In this document: positions 18,138 to 26,654 of the stretch, piece by piece | Layout of the letters: each line of letters starts with the position of its first letter | How positions within the stretch are numbered: position 1 is the stretch's first letter | Source of the DNA: Candidatus Multivorans sp. | GTDB taxonomy: Bacteria; Acidobacteriota; Thermoanaerobaculia; Multivoradales; Multivoraceae | DNA: 64,000 bases | Direction: 5' to 3' | Assembly (NCBI GenBank): GCA_965224025.1 | Contig: OZ245033.1 | Coordinates: forward strand, 128,001 to 192,000 | The notes under the pieces: model-generated | Told to the model about the DNA's origin: nothing | Seen by the model: the letters and a program-made list of their open reading frames with translations, nothing else | The model's database searches: none | Made by a program: the position numbers and the translations under genes

Positions 18138-19276
18138 CACTCTTCCTCGTCCTCGCCGAGCTCCTCGGGCACGAGCGCCCGGCAGTCCAGGGCCGCCCAG
18201 CCGACTGTCACCGTGTCGCCCGGCAGCACGGCGCCGTGGCCCACGATGTTCGGGATCTTGGCGATGAAGCCGGAGCAGCCGCCAACCGTCATGCGAACCC
18301 GCAGGTGGTCGCCGAGGAAGATCATGTCGTCGATCCGCGTCTCGACCTCGTTCCGATAGCGGCCAGGGCGCGCCGAAACCGCTACCCGCTCCGGCCGGAT
18401 GACCACGGTCGCCCGCGCGCCCGGCGGACACAGGCCGAGGCTCATCGCCCTGACTTGGAACCCTCCGACATCGACTTCGCAGACGCCGTCGCCCTCGCTC
18501 ACGACGACGCCGTCCAGGCGGTTGTTCTCGCCGATGAACCGGGCGACGAAGGCCCGCTCGGGTTCCTCGTAGAGAACCTCAGGCGCCGCCGCCTGCTCGA
18601 TCATGCCGTTGTGGAACACCGCCACCCGATCGGACAGCGTCATCGCCTCCTGCTGGTCGTGGGTCACGTAGACGACGGTCACGCCCAGGGCCGAGTGGAT
18701 GCGCCGGATCTCGTACTGCATCTCTTCGCGCAGGCGCCGGTCGAGGGCGCCCAGGGGTTCGTCCATCAGTACGAGTTCCGGCTCGAAGACCAGGGCACGG
18801 GCGATCGCCACGCGCTGCTGCTGGCCGCCCGAGAGTTGCGACGGCTTCCGGTCCTCCAGCCCCTCGAGCTGCACCAGGCTCAGCGCCCGCGCGACCCGCT
18901 CCCTGCGCAGCGCCGGCTCGACCCCGCGGACCTCGAGCGGGAAGGCCAGGTTGCCGCCCACCGTCATGTGCGGAAACAGCGCGTAGTTCTGGAACACCAT
19001 GCCGATGCCGCGCTTGTGCGGCGGCTGATCCTGAATTGGCTGGCCGCCGATCAGGATCGTTCCGGCGGTCGTCGCCTCGAATCCGGCGAGCATCATCAGG
19101 CAGGTCGTCTTGCCGGAGCCGGAAGGCCCGAGCAGGGTCAGGAACTCGCCCCTCTCGACCGCAAGGTCCAGGCCCAGCACGACCAGGTTGCGGCCATCGT
19201 AGCTCTTGTCTACGCCCACGAACTCGACGTGGGGAACGGCGCTCTCGGCGCGCTCGTCAGAGGGCGGGACGTCCAC
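18134..19276 (-). CDS. ABC transporter ATP-binding protein (PotA-like)
   Basis: GPSGSGKTT, LSGGQQQRVA, LMDEPLGALD, VTHDQQEA; TOBE-like C-terminus. Confidence 0.95.
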   Translation of the reverse strand: MDVPPSDERAESAVPHVEFVGVDKSYDGRNLVVLGLDLAVERGEFLTLLGPSGSGKTTCLMMLAGFEATTAGTILIGGQPIQDQPPHKRGIGMVFQNYALFPHMTVGGNLAFPLEVRGVEPALRRERVARALSLVQLEGLEDRKPSQLSGGQQQRVAIARALVFEPELVLMDEPLGALDRRLREEMQYEIRRIHSALGVTVVYVTHDQQEAMTLSDRVAVFHNGMIEQAAAPEVLYEEPERAFVARFIGENNRLDGVVVSEGDGVCEVDVGGFQVRAMSLGLCPPGARATVVIRPERVAVSARPGRYRNEVETRIDDMIFLGDHLRVRMTVGGCSGFIAKIPNIVGHGAVLPGDTVTVGWAALDCRALVPEELGEDEEEW

Positions 19277-19285
19277 GAGGCCGCG

Positions 19286-19293
19286 ACTATACT
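19286..19293. promoter_or_regulatory. Overlapping divergent -10 hexamers
   Basis: actatact reads TATAGT on the - strand (19291-19286, 9 nt before the ABC ATPase GTG) and TATACT on the + strand (19288-19293, upstream of boxC). Confidence 0.5.
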
Positions 19294-19328
19294 TGCCACT
19301 TGCCGTTTCCGGTCCGTCAGATCAGCAG

Positions 19329-21044
19329 ATGACCACCCAAGCCGCCGCGGACGACCCCTCGTCCGGCAGCACTGGAACCGGGACACCCGCGGATGAACTC
19401 ATCGATTTCCGCACGGCCCCGGACCGTTACCGGCACTGGCGACTCGATATCGCACCGCCGCTCGCCTTCCTGACTCTCGAAGTCGACGAGCAGGCGGGGC
19501 TCAGGCCCGGCTACCAGCTCAAGCAGAACTCCTACGACCTCGGCGTCGACTTCGAGCTCTACGACGCGACCCAGCGGCTGCGCTTCGAGCACCCGGAGGT
19601 CCACGCCGTGGTGCTCCGCTCCGGCCGGGAGCGAATCTTCTGCGCCGGCGCGAACATCGGCATGCTCGGCGGCTCTTCCCACCAGTTGAAGGTCAACTTC
19701 TGCAAGTTCACGAACGAGACTCGGCTGGGGATCGAGGACGCCAGCCGGTACTCGGGCCAGCGCTACCTGTGCGCCGTCAAGGGCACGGCGGCCGGCGGCG
19801 GCTACGAACTGGCACTCGCCTGCGACCGCATCCTGCTCGCCGACGACGGCAGTTCCGCGGTCTCCCTGCCGGAGGTGCCTCTGTTGGGCGTCCTGCCCGG
19901 CACCGGCGGACTGACTCGCCTGCTCGACAAGCGCCGGGTGCGCCGCGACCTGGCCGACCTCTTCTGCACGCTCGAAGAAGGCGTGAAGGGCCGGCGGGCG
20001 GTGGACTGGAACCTGGTCGACGAGTTGCTTCCGCGGTCTTCCTTCGACGACGACGCCGCGGCCCGCGCGCAGCAGTTGGCCGCACAGAGCGACCGCCCCA
20101 CGGAGGCCGGCGGGACGGCCTGGCCCGCGATCGAACCGGCGTTGGGAACCGACACGCTCACCTACTCCACGCTGAGGATCGAGTTCGACCGCGCCCTCGG
20201 CGTGGCCCACCTGACCGTCCTCGGGCCGACCGAACCGCCGCCCACGGCCGGCGCCGCGGCACTCGCCGAGGGCGCCGGCTTCTGGCCCCTCACCCTGGCG
20301 CGCGAACTCGACGACGCCCTGCTCCACCTGCGGCTCAACGAGACCCGGCTCGGTCAACTCGTGATCCACTCCCGCGGCGAACTGGAAGCGGTCGCCGCGT
20401 TCGACGAACTCCTGCACCGGGACCGCGGCGACTGGTTCCTGCGCGAAGTCCTGCTGTACTGGAAGCGGGTGCTCAAGCGGATCGATCTCACCGCCCGCAG
20501 CGTCTTCACCCTGATCGAGCCCGGAAGCTGCTTCGCCGGCTTCCTGCTGGAGCTGGCGCTGGCCGCGGACCGCTCATACATGTTCGAGGGCGAGGCCGAG
20601 GACGGCGCCCCCGCGCCACACGTCCAACTCGGCGAGTTGAGCTTCGCCGCGCTCCCGATGCCGAACGGCCTGAGCCGGCTCGAGACCCGGTTTCTGGGCC
20701 AGCCGGAAGCCGCGGACCGGCTGCGCGAGCTGATCGGGAAGCCACTGGACGCCGAGGTCGCCGAACGGGCCGGCCTGGTCACCGAAGTGCTCGACGATCT
20801 GGACTGGGACGACGAGGTCCGCATCGCTCTCGAGGAGCGGGCCAGCTTCTCACCCGACGCGCTGACCGCGATGGAAGCCAACCTCCGCTTCCCCGGCCCA
20901 GAGACCCTCGAGAGCAAGATCTTCGGCCGCTTGAGCGCGTGGCAGAACTGGATCTTCCAGCGTCCGAACGCGGTCGGCGATCAGGGAGCGCTCCGCCTCT
21001 ACGGCACCGGCCGCCGGCCCCGCTTCGACCGCGAGCGCGTCTGA
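19329..21044 (+). CDS. boxC: 2,3-epoxybenzoyl-CoA dihydrolase / benzoyl-CoA-dihydrodiol lyase
   Basis: YQLKQNSYDLGVDFELYDA, KVNFCKFTNETR, LPEVPLLGVLPGTGG, FGRLSAWQNWIFQRPNAVG. Confidence 0.95.
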   Translation: MTTQAAADDPSSGSTGTGTPADELIDFRTAPDRYRHWRLDIAPPLAFLTLEVDEQAGLRPGYQLKQNSYDLGVDFELYDATQRLRFEHPEVHAVVLRSGRERIFCAGANIGMLGGSSHQLKVNFCKFTNETRLGIEDASRYSGQRYLCAVKGTAAGGGYELALACDRILLADDGSSAVSLPEVPLLGVLPGTGGLTRLLDKRRVRRDLADLFCTLEEGVKGRRAVDWNLVDELLPRSSFDDDAAARAQQLAAQSDRPTEAGGTAWPAIEPALGTDTLTYSTLRIEFDRALGVAHLTVLGPTEPPPTAGAAALAEGAGFWPLTLARELDDALLHLRLNETRLGQLVIHSRGELEAVAAFDELLHRDRGDWFLREVLLYWKRVLKRIDLTARSVFTLIEPGSCFAGFLLELALAADRSYMFEGEAEDGAPAPHVQLGELSFAALPMPNGLSRLETRFLGQPEAADRLRELIGKPLDAEVAERAGLVTEVLDDLDWDDEVRIALEERASFSPDALTAMEANLRFPGPETLESKIFGRLSAWQNWIFQRPNAVGDQGALRLYGTGRRPRFDRERV

Positions 21045-21081
21045 CCAGGACCCCGCAATCTCCCCCGGAGCACCCGACTCG

Positions 21082-22545
21082 ATGACGATTACAGGCAGCA
21101 CCGTCGACTACGATTTCCTGATTCCGAACAACGTCGCCCTCGCGTCGGACGCCCGCGTCCGTCGCGGCCTCGAGCGCTGGCATCCAGGCTACATCGACTG
21201 GTGGATGGACATGGGGCCCGACGGCTTCCAGACATCGGACGTCTACCTGCGCACCGCGGTGCGGGTCGAGTCCAAAGGCCGGGAGAAGTGGGCCGTGTTC
21301 GACTACGTGAAGATGCCCGACTACCGCTGGGGCATCCTGCTGGCGCCCCAGGCCCCGGACCGAAAGATCCCCTTCGGCCGGCACTGCGGCGAGCCGGCCT
21401 GGCAGGAGATCCCGGGCGAGTACCGGGCCATGCTGCGACGCCTGATCGTGATTCAGGGCGACACCGAGCCGGCGTCCGTCGAGCAGCAGCGCTTCCTGGG
21501 CAAGACGGCCCCCTCGCTCTACGACATGCGCAACCTGTTCCAGGTCAACGTCGAAGAGGGCCGCCACCTGTGGGCGATGGTCTACCTGCTGCAGAAGTAC
21601 TTCGGCCGCGACGGCCGCGAGGAGGCTGGCGAACTGCTTCGGCGGCGCTCCGGCTCGGACGACGCGCCGCGCATGCTCGGCGCCTTCAACGAGGAGACGC
21701 CGGACTGGCTCTCCTTCTTCCTGTTCACCTTCTTCACCGACCGCGACGGCAGGATGCAGCTTGAGTCGCTCGCCCAGTCCGGCTTCGACCCGCTGTCGCG
21801 GACCTGCCGTTTCATGCTCACCGAGGAGGCGTTCCACATGTTCGTCGGCGAGACCGGCGTCACCCGGATCGTGCAGTGCACCTGCGAGGCGATGCAAGCG
21901 GCCGGCATCGACGATCCGGCCGACATCGAGGCGGTGCGGGCCCTGGGCGTGATCGACCTGCCGACGATCCAGAAGAAGGTGAACCTGCACTACTCGCTGA
22001 CCCTCGACCTGTTCGGCTCCGAGCTGTCCACGAACTCGGCGAACTTCTTCAACGCCGGCCTCAAGGGCCGTTTCCGCGAGCACCGGCTGGAGGACGACCA
22101 CCGGCTGCACGAGGCCACGTACGGCATCCCCGAACCGGCCAACGGCGGCTGGACCGTCGTCCAGCATCCGGCCTTGAACGCGCTGAACGCGCGGCTGCGC
22201 GACGACTTCACGGAGGACTGCAACCTCGGCGTCGGCCGATGGAACAAGGCGATCAGCCAGTCCGGCGTCGACTTCGAGCTCAAGCTTCCCCACGTCGCCT
22301 TCCACCGGCAGATCGGCGTCTACCGCGACCTGCACGCGACGCCCGCGGGCGAACTGATCACCGAGGACGACTGGCAGGGTCAACGAGGCGACTGGCTGCC
22401 CGACGACAGCGACCGCGCCTTCATCGAGTCGTTGATGAAGGCGGAGTTCCGGCCCGGCCGCTACGCCTCCTGGATCGCGGAACCCAGGATCCGGATCAAC
22501 CACAAGCCCGGCGACTTCGAGTGGGTCAAACTGGCTGAGGCATAG
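21082..22545 (+). CDS. boxB: Benzoyl-CoA 2,3-epoxidase subunit B (di-iron)
   Basis: IPNNV, WWMDMGPDGFQ, QGDTEPASVEQQ, VNVEEGRHLWAM, FMLTEEAFHMFVG. Confidence 0.96.
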   Translation: MTITGSTVDYDFLIPNNVALASDARVRRGLERWHPGYIDWWMDMGPDGFQTSDVYLRTAVRVESKGREKWAVFDYVKMPDYRWGILLAPQAPDRKIPFGRHCGEPAWQEIPGEYRAMLRRLIVIQGDTEPASVEQQRFLGKTAPSLYDMRNLFQVNVEEGRHLWAMVYLLQKYFGRDGREEAGELLRRRSGSDDAPRMLGAFNEETPDWLSFFLFTFFTDRDGRMQLESLAQSGFDPLSRTCRFMLTEEAFHMFVGETGVTRIVQCTCEAMQAAGIDDPADIEAVRALGVIDLPTIQKKVNLHYSLTLDLFGSELSTNSANFFNAGLKGRFREHRLEDDHRLHEATYGIPEPANGGWTVVQHPALNALNARLRDDFTEDCNLGVGRWNKAISQSGVDFELKLPHVAFHRQIGVYRDLHATPAGELITEDDWQGQRGDWLPDDSDRAFIESLMKAEFRPGRYASWIAEPRIRINHKPGDFEWVKLAEA

Positions 22546-22567
22546 AGACCAACGGCCTGGCGACCTG

Positions 22568-22858
22568 ATGAGCAGCCCAAGCGATGGCACCGACCTGGTG
22601 CGCGAGGCGGAGCAGGAACTCGAGCGGCTGATCGCATCCTCGGCGGCCGACACCGCAGCACGAGCCTGCGACACCGCTGCACGAACCTGGCAGGCGGCCG
22701 CCGTGGCCATTCGCCATGCTCGAAGATGGTCGCGTCGCTTCGGGGATGACGACGATTGGGAGGCCCTTGCCGACGTACGTCTCGATTGGCCGGATGTCCT
22801 CGAGGAACGGCACGGGAGCAGCCAATGGCACTGCCTCAGAACCAAACTGAGACACTAA
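22568..22858 (+). CDS. Small hypothetical protein (possibly a gene fragment)
   Basis: 96-aa ORF with plausible protein composition; imperfect 21-bp tandem repeat at 22649-22690 (DTAARAC/DTAARTW). Confidence 0.5.
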   Translation: MSSPSDGTDLVREAEQELERLIASSAADTAARACDTAARTWQAAAVAIRHARRWSRRFGDDDDWEALADVRLDWPDVLEERHGSSQWHCLRTKLRH

Positions 22859-22971
22859 CGGTGCGGCCAGCAGCTTGACCGACGATGAGCCGTGCTGCAG
22901 ACTAAGAGGCTTGCTGCTCGCCGACGGCCCTCCAACTGCTAGGCCGCAGCCGCTTCGCCCCAGGAGATGAC

Positions 22972-23451
22972 ATGACCGAGTACGCACTGTTCTTCGAGAG
23001 TGGCGGTCCCGTCCTCGGCGAGGGCTACATCGTCTCGGTTCGCGTGCGCGGCCGGGCCTTGGCGATCCGCGATGACGAAGACGGCGAGTTCCAGCTCAGC
23101 GGAGTGAATCCGGGTAGCCTCCTAGGGTTCGGGCGAACGCTGAACGAGGCTTACCAGGAGTTCGTCGAGTCGCTACGATGCGTACTCATCGACATCGCGT
23201 CAGATGCGCCGAGCTTCGAGGACTTTCGTCGGGAAGCCCAGGACTTCTTCCATACGGAGGATCCTCGATCCGAGACAAGGTGGGATGCAGCGCGGGAGCG
23301 GGTTCGGAGAGGAGAAACGCCGAACGAGCTGAATCTCAGGCTGGAGAGTTCGACGCCTGATCTTGGCATCGACGTTCAGCACGTAGAGGTGCCATCGCTT
23401 TCCGCCAACGCTCCCGCGCAGCAACTGTCGCCAAGCGCGGTCGCCGCCTGA
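22972..23451 (+). CDS. HicB-like antitoxin candidate
   Basis: AGGAG RBS; GFGRTLNEAYQEFVESL resembles the HicB G-x-T-x-x-EA motif; acidic; possible promoter TTGACC-17-CAGACT at 22875-22903. Confidence 0.55.
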   Translation: MTEYALFFESGGPVLGEGYIVSVRVRGRALAIRDDEDGEFQLSGVNPGSLLGFGRTLNEAYQEFVESLRCVLIDIASDAPSFEDFRREAQDFFHTEDPRSETRWDAARERVRRGETPNELNLRLESSTPDLGIDVQHVEVPSLSANAPAQQLSPSAVAA

Positions 23452-23469
23452 AGCGACCCAGCGGGTTCG

Positions 23470-23721
23470 ATGGCTACCAGGGGATTCGTACGCCTGAGCG
23501 CGATCTGGCGCATGCTCGACCTGTGTGCTCCTGGTCACGAACGGGTTCTGAAGACCCACCGATGGTGGGTCACATGGCACGGACGGACCTTCCGGGGCCT
23601 CCCCAAGGGACCCGGGCGCAACCAGAACGCTGAGGTTCGCTTTCAGTACGTCCAGAAACTGGTCGCCGTCCTCGAGATCGACCCCGATTGCGCGGCCGGG
23701 TCCTTCCGTCAGACGCTCTGA
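23470..23721 (+). CDS. HicA-like toxin candidate
   Basis: 83 aa, basic, alpha-beta-beta-beta-alpha pattern, His in LKTHRWW, C-terminal helix EVRFQYVQKLVAVLEI. Confidence 0.5.
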   Translation: MATRGFVRLSAIWRMLDLCAPGHERVLKTHRWWVTWHGRTFRGLPKGPGRNQNAEVRFQYVQKLVAVLEIDPDCAAGSFRQTL

Positions 23722-23731
23722 ACTCGACGCG

Positions 23732-24313
23732 CTACGGGTACAGCAGGCCCATCCGCCACGAGTCACCCTCCCGCTCGTAGTAAGTCCGGTCGTGGAGCCG
23801 GTGCTCCCGGGCGACCCAGAACTCAAAGCGCCGGGGCACGACTCTGAGCCCCGTCCAGTGCAGCGGACGGGGCACCTCGAGGCCGGAAAAGCGCTCGCTC
23901 ACGCGCTCGAAATCAGCGAGAAGCTGTTCCCGGCTCGCCAGGGGCCGGCTCTGCCGGGATGCCCACGCGCCGACCTGGCTGTTCCGGCTGCGAGTCGCGA
24001 AGTAGGCGTCGGCCTCGGCGTCGCCGACCCGCTCGGCGCGGCCGAAGATCGACACCTGTTCCTTCGGCTCACGCCAGAAGAAGTTCAGGCTCACGTCCGG
24101 CCGCGCGAGAATCTCCCGGCCCTTGCGGCTCTCCAGGTTCGTGTAGAAGACGAAGCCCTCGCGGTCGAAGTGCTTGAGCAGCACGACCCGTGACGACGGG
24201 CGGCCCTGCTCGTCGGCACTTGATACGACCATCGCGTTCGGCTCGGCGAGGCCGGTGGCCGAGGCGCGCTCGAAGAGGCCGCGGAAGCGGTCGAAGGGGT
24301 CGCTCACAGTCAC
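23732..24313 (-). CDS. pdxH: Pyridoxine/pyridoxamine 5'-phosphate oxidase
   Basis: EPNAM, PSSRVVLLK, FYTNLESRKG, GAWASRQS, EFW...RLHDR. Confidence 0.95.
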   Translation of the reverse strand: MTVSDPFDRFRGLFERASATGLAEPNAMVVSSADEQGRPSSRVVLLKHFDREGFVFYTNLESRKGREILARPDVSLNFFWREPKEQVSIFGRAERVGDAEADAYFATRSRNSQVGAWASRQSRPLASREQLLADFERVSERFSGLEVPRPLHWTGLRVVPRRFEFWVAREHRLHDRTYYEREGDSWRMGLLYP

Positions 24314-24371
24314 GATCGAACTCTCACCGATCAGGCGGCTGGAGCCAAGCCTCCGCCAGCCCGGCGCCTGC

Positions 24372-25406
24372 TCAGATGCGCGGCAGGACCTCGTCCGTAA
24401 AGAGAACGAACGAGCCGTGACTGAGCGGGGCGCAAAGGAGATAGTCGAGGAACATCTCTTCCTTCAGCCGGGCGATCTCGTCCACCAGTTCGTTCGGCGT
24501 GCCGTAGAGGATGACGCCGTTCAGATACCGGTCGACCGCGGACTGTTCCTCGGCGCTCTGACTGAAGGCAGGGGCCGCCAGTTCCGGCCGCTCGAGGTTT
24601 CGCCTCGTATCGGTCGCAACCGGCCGGGTCCCCTTCTGCTTGTGTGACCTGATGGTCCACAAGGCGCCGGCGCGAGCGATCTCCTCCGCTTCGGCCCGGG
24701 TACGTGCACAGGCGATCAGACGCGCCATCGGGATCTCCCGGCCCTCGATCGCGTGGCCGTGCGACTCGAGGATCTCCCGGTACAGCTCTCGCTTCTCGGC
24801 GATCCGGTCGTGCGCCGAGTGCGGGTCGAGCATGATCGAGAAGCCGTTCTCGGCAGCCCAGGTCATCGACTCCGGCGACGACGATGCAAGCCACACCGGA
24901 GGGTGCGGCTTCTGCGCCGGCTTCGGCAGCACCTCGACATCGCGGCACTGGAAGTGCTCGCCCTCGAAGGTGAGGCTCTCATTCGTCCAGGCGCCGACCA
25001 CCGCCTGCACGTGTTCCCGGAACACCGGATAGCTGTGCCGCGGGTCAACGCCGAACGCCCTGAACTCGCCCTCCGCGTATCCACGGCCGACGCCCCAGTT
25101 GACCCGACCGCCGGAGAGCACGTCGAGCAGCGCCACCTCCTCCGCCAAGCGCAGCGGGTTGTAGAACGGCGCCAGGGAGACGCCGGTGCCGATCCGCAGG
25201 TTCTTCGTCCTCGCCGCCACCTCGATACCCATCATGTGGATCGAGGGACAGATGCTGAACGAGCTGAAGTGATGCTCGGCCAACCACACCGCGTCGTAGC
25301 CGTTCCGGTCCATGATGTCGATGCGCTGGAACGCTCGGCGGTAGACCTCTTCCAGCGGAATCCGCCGGTCGGGCCAGGAGAAGAACTGGAGGACTGCGGC
25401 CTTCAT
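24372..25406 (-). CDS. Luciferase-like (LLM class) flavin-dependent oxidoreductase
   Basis: VWLAEHHFS, PLRLAEEVALLDVLSGGRVNWGVGRG, PKPAQKPHPPVW. Confidence 0.92.
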   Translation of the reverse strand: MKAAVLQFFSWPDRRIPLEEVYRRAFQRIDIMDRNGYDAVWLAEHHFSSFSICPSIHMMGIEVAARTKNLRIGTGVSLAPFYNPLRLAEEVALLDVLSGGRVNWGVGRGYAEGEFRAFGVDPRHSYPVFREHVQAVVGAWTNESLTFEGEHFQCRDVEVLPKPAQKPHPPVWLASSSPESMTWAAENGFSIMLDPHSAHDRIAEKRELYREILESHGHAIEGREIPMARLIACARTRAEAEEIARAGALWTIRSHKQKGTRPVATDTRRNLERPELAAPAFSQSAEEQSAVDRYLNGVILYGTPNELVDEIARLKEEMFLDYLLCAPLSHGSFVLFTDEVLPRI

Positions 25407-25438
25407 CGGCCGGCAATCGTCTCACAGTTGCCGAACGA

Positions 25439-25750
25439 CTATTGGCGGCGGCGCTTGTAGACGTAGGACAGGCCCTCCTCGGCGAAGGCGCGGCAGGCCT
25501 TGTCCTTGAACTCAACCGCCTTGTCCCACTCCTCGATGTCGTAGTAGTCGCGCTCGGCGACGACGCGGATCTCGCGTACCGTCCGCTCGTCGAGGTCGAG
25601 ACGCTCGGCGATCTCGCGGTCGGAGAGACCCCGGCGCCGCTTCTCTCCCGGCAGGTGCTCGTGGATGTCGACCTGGATCGAGTTCGAGAGTTCCAGGATC
25701 TCGTCGCGGTGACGGCGGTAGGTCTCCGGATCGATGAAGAAGAAAGCCAT
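25439..25750 (-). CDS. Small hypothetical protein with HTH-like segment
   Basis: ATG 25750, MAFFFIDPETY...; GLSDREIAERLDLDERTVREIR resembles a helix-turn-helix; 103 aa. Confidence 0.75.
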   Translation of the reverse strand: MAFFFIDPETYRRHRDEILELSNSIQVDIHEHLPGEKRRRGLSDREIAERLDLDERTVREIRVVAERDYYDIEEWDKAVEFKDKACRAFAEEGLSYVYKRRRQ

Positions 25751-25766
25751 GTTCCGCCCTCGCCTT

Positions 25767-26654
25767 CTACGCCTTCTCCCGATACCCGGCGCCGACCGGG
25801 CAGACACGCATGCACTCCCAGCACTGGCCCTGACTCTGGGCGGCATAGGTCATCGACCAGAGAGTCTTCGTGAAGTGGCTTGAGTAGAGCACCATCTTGC
25901 GGGCCTCCGGATCCTCCTGGTCGAGGGCCAGTTCGAGCCCTTTCTGAAAGCCCGGAATCCAGTGCGTGTAGACCCGGGACGTGCAGCGCGCTGCGTCGTA
26001 CCGGCGTTCGACGAGCCGGCCGTTCTCGATCCGCCCGTCCAGGCAACCGCCGTCACCCAGGGGACACACGCGGGTGCACGGCGTCGCGCCTTCAGCCTCC
26101 CACATCTCGACGCAGGCCGGCGCCGGGCAGGCCGGTTCGGCCGGTTGCTCTGTGACCGGAAAGGGATACGTAGTGATGATCGCCGAGTAGAAGAGCAGGC
26201 CGTACTCGGGATGCAGCACGGGCCCGGCCAGACTGCGGGAGCCGCAACCGGCGAGTTCCGCCGCCAGCGCCACGCTCAAGAAAGGCTGGTTGCCGCGACG
26301 CACGCCCGGCGGCACGAACAGCGCGTAGTAGCCGAATTCGGCCTCGATGAACTTCGCCGTCTTGAGTCCGAGCGAGTTGATCCGGTCGCTGGTGCCCATC
26401 GTCTCCAGGTGCTCGTGAACCGGACTCGCCCAGTCGGCGGCCCGCGGCGGACTGCCGCCGACCACCACGACGCGGCGGGCCGAGGGCAAGAGGTCGCCGG
26501 GTCGGAAGCCCTCCGGCGCGTCCTCGAAGGCGTCGGCGTCGGCGTCGGCGACGCCCCAGGCAAGCGCGCCGCCGCGCTCGACCATCGCGGCCAGACGTCC
26601 GCGGGCAGCCGAGGTCTCCGACGCGGTCGGCGCCGCCGGCACGGCCTCGGTCAC
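25767..26654 (-). CDS. QueG/reductive-dehalogenase-like Fe-S protein, paralog 2
   Basis: GTG 26654 (GTGA overlap). GVADA..F..APEGFRPGDLLPSARRVVV, AAELAGCG, LHPEYGLLFY, C-x4-C-x11-C-x3-CP, YDAARC, CWECMRVCP. Confidence 0.75.
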   Translation of the reverse strand: MTEAVPAAPTASETSAARGRLAAMVERGGALAWGVADADADAFEDAPEGFRPGDLLPSARRVVVVGGSPPRAADWASPVHEHLETMGTSDRINSLGLKTAKFIEAEFGYYALFVPPGVRRGNQPFLSVALAAELAGCGSRSLAGPVLHPEYGLLFYSAIITTYPFPVTEQPAEPACPAPACVEMWEAEGATPCTRVCPLGDGGCLDGRIENGRLVERRYDAARCTSRVYTHWIPGFQKGLELALDQEDPEARKMVLYSSHFTKTLWSMTYAAQSQGQCWECMRVCPVGAGYREKA

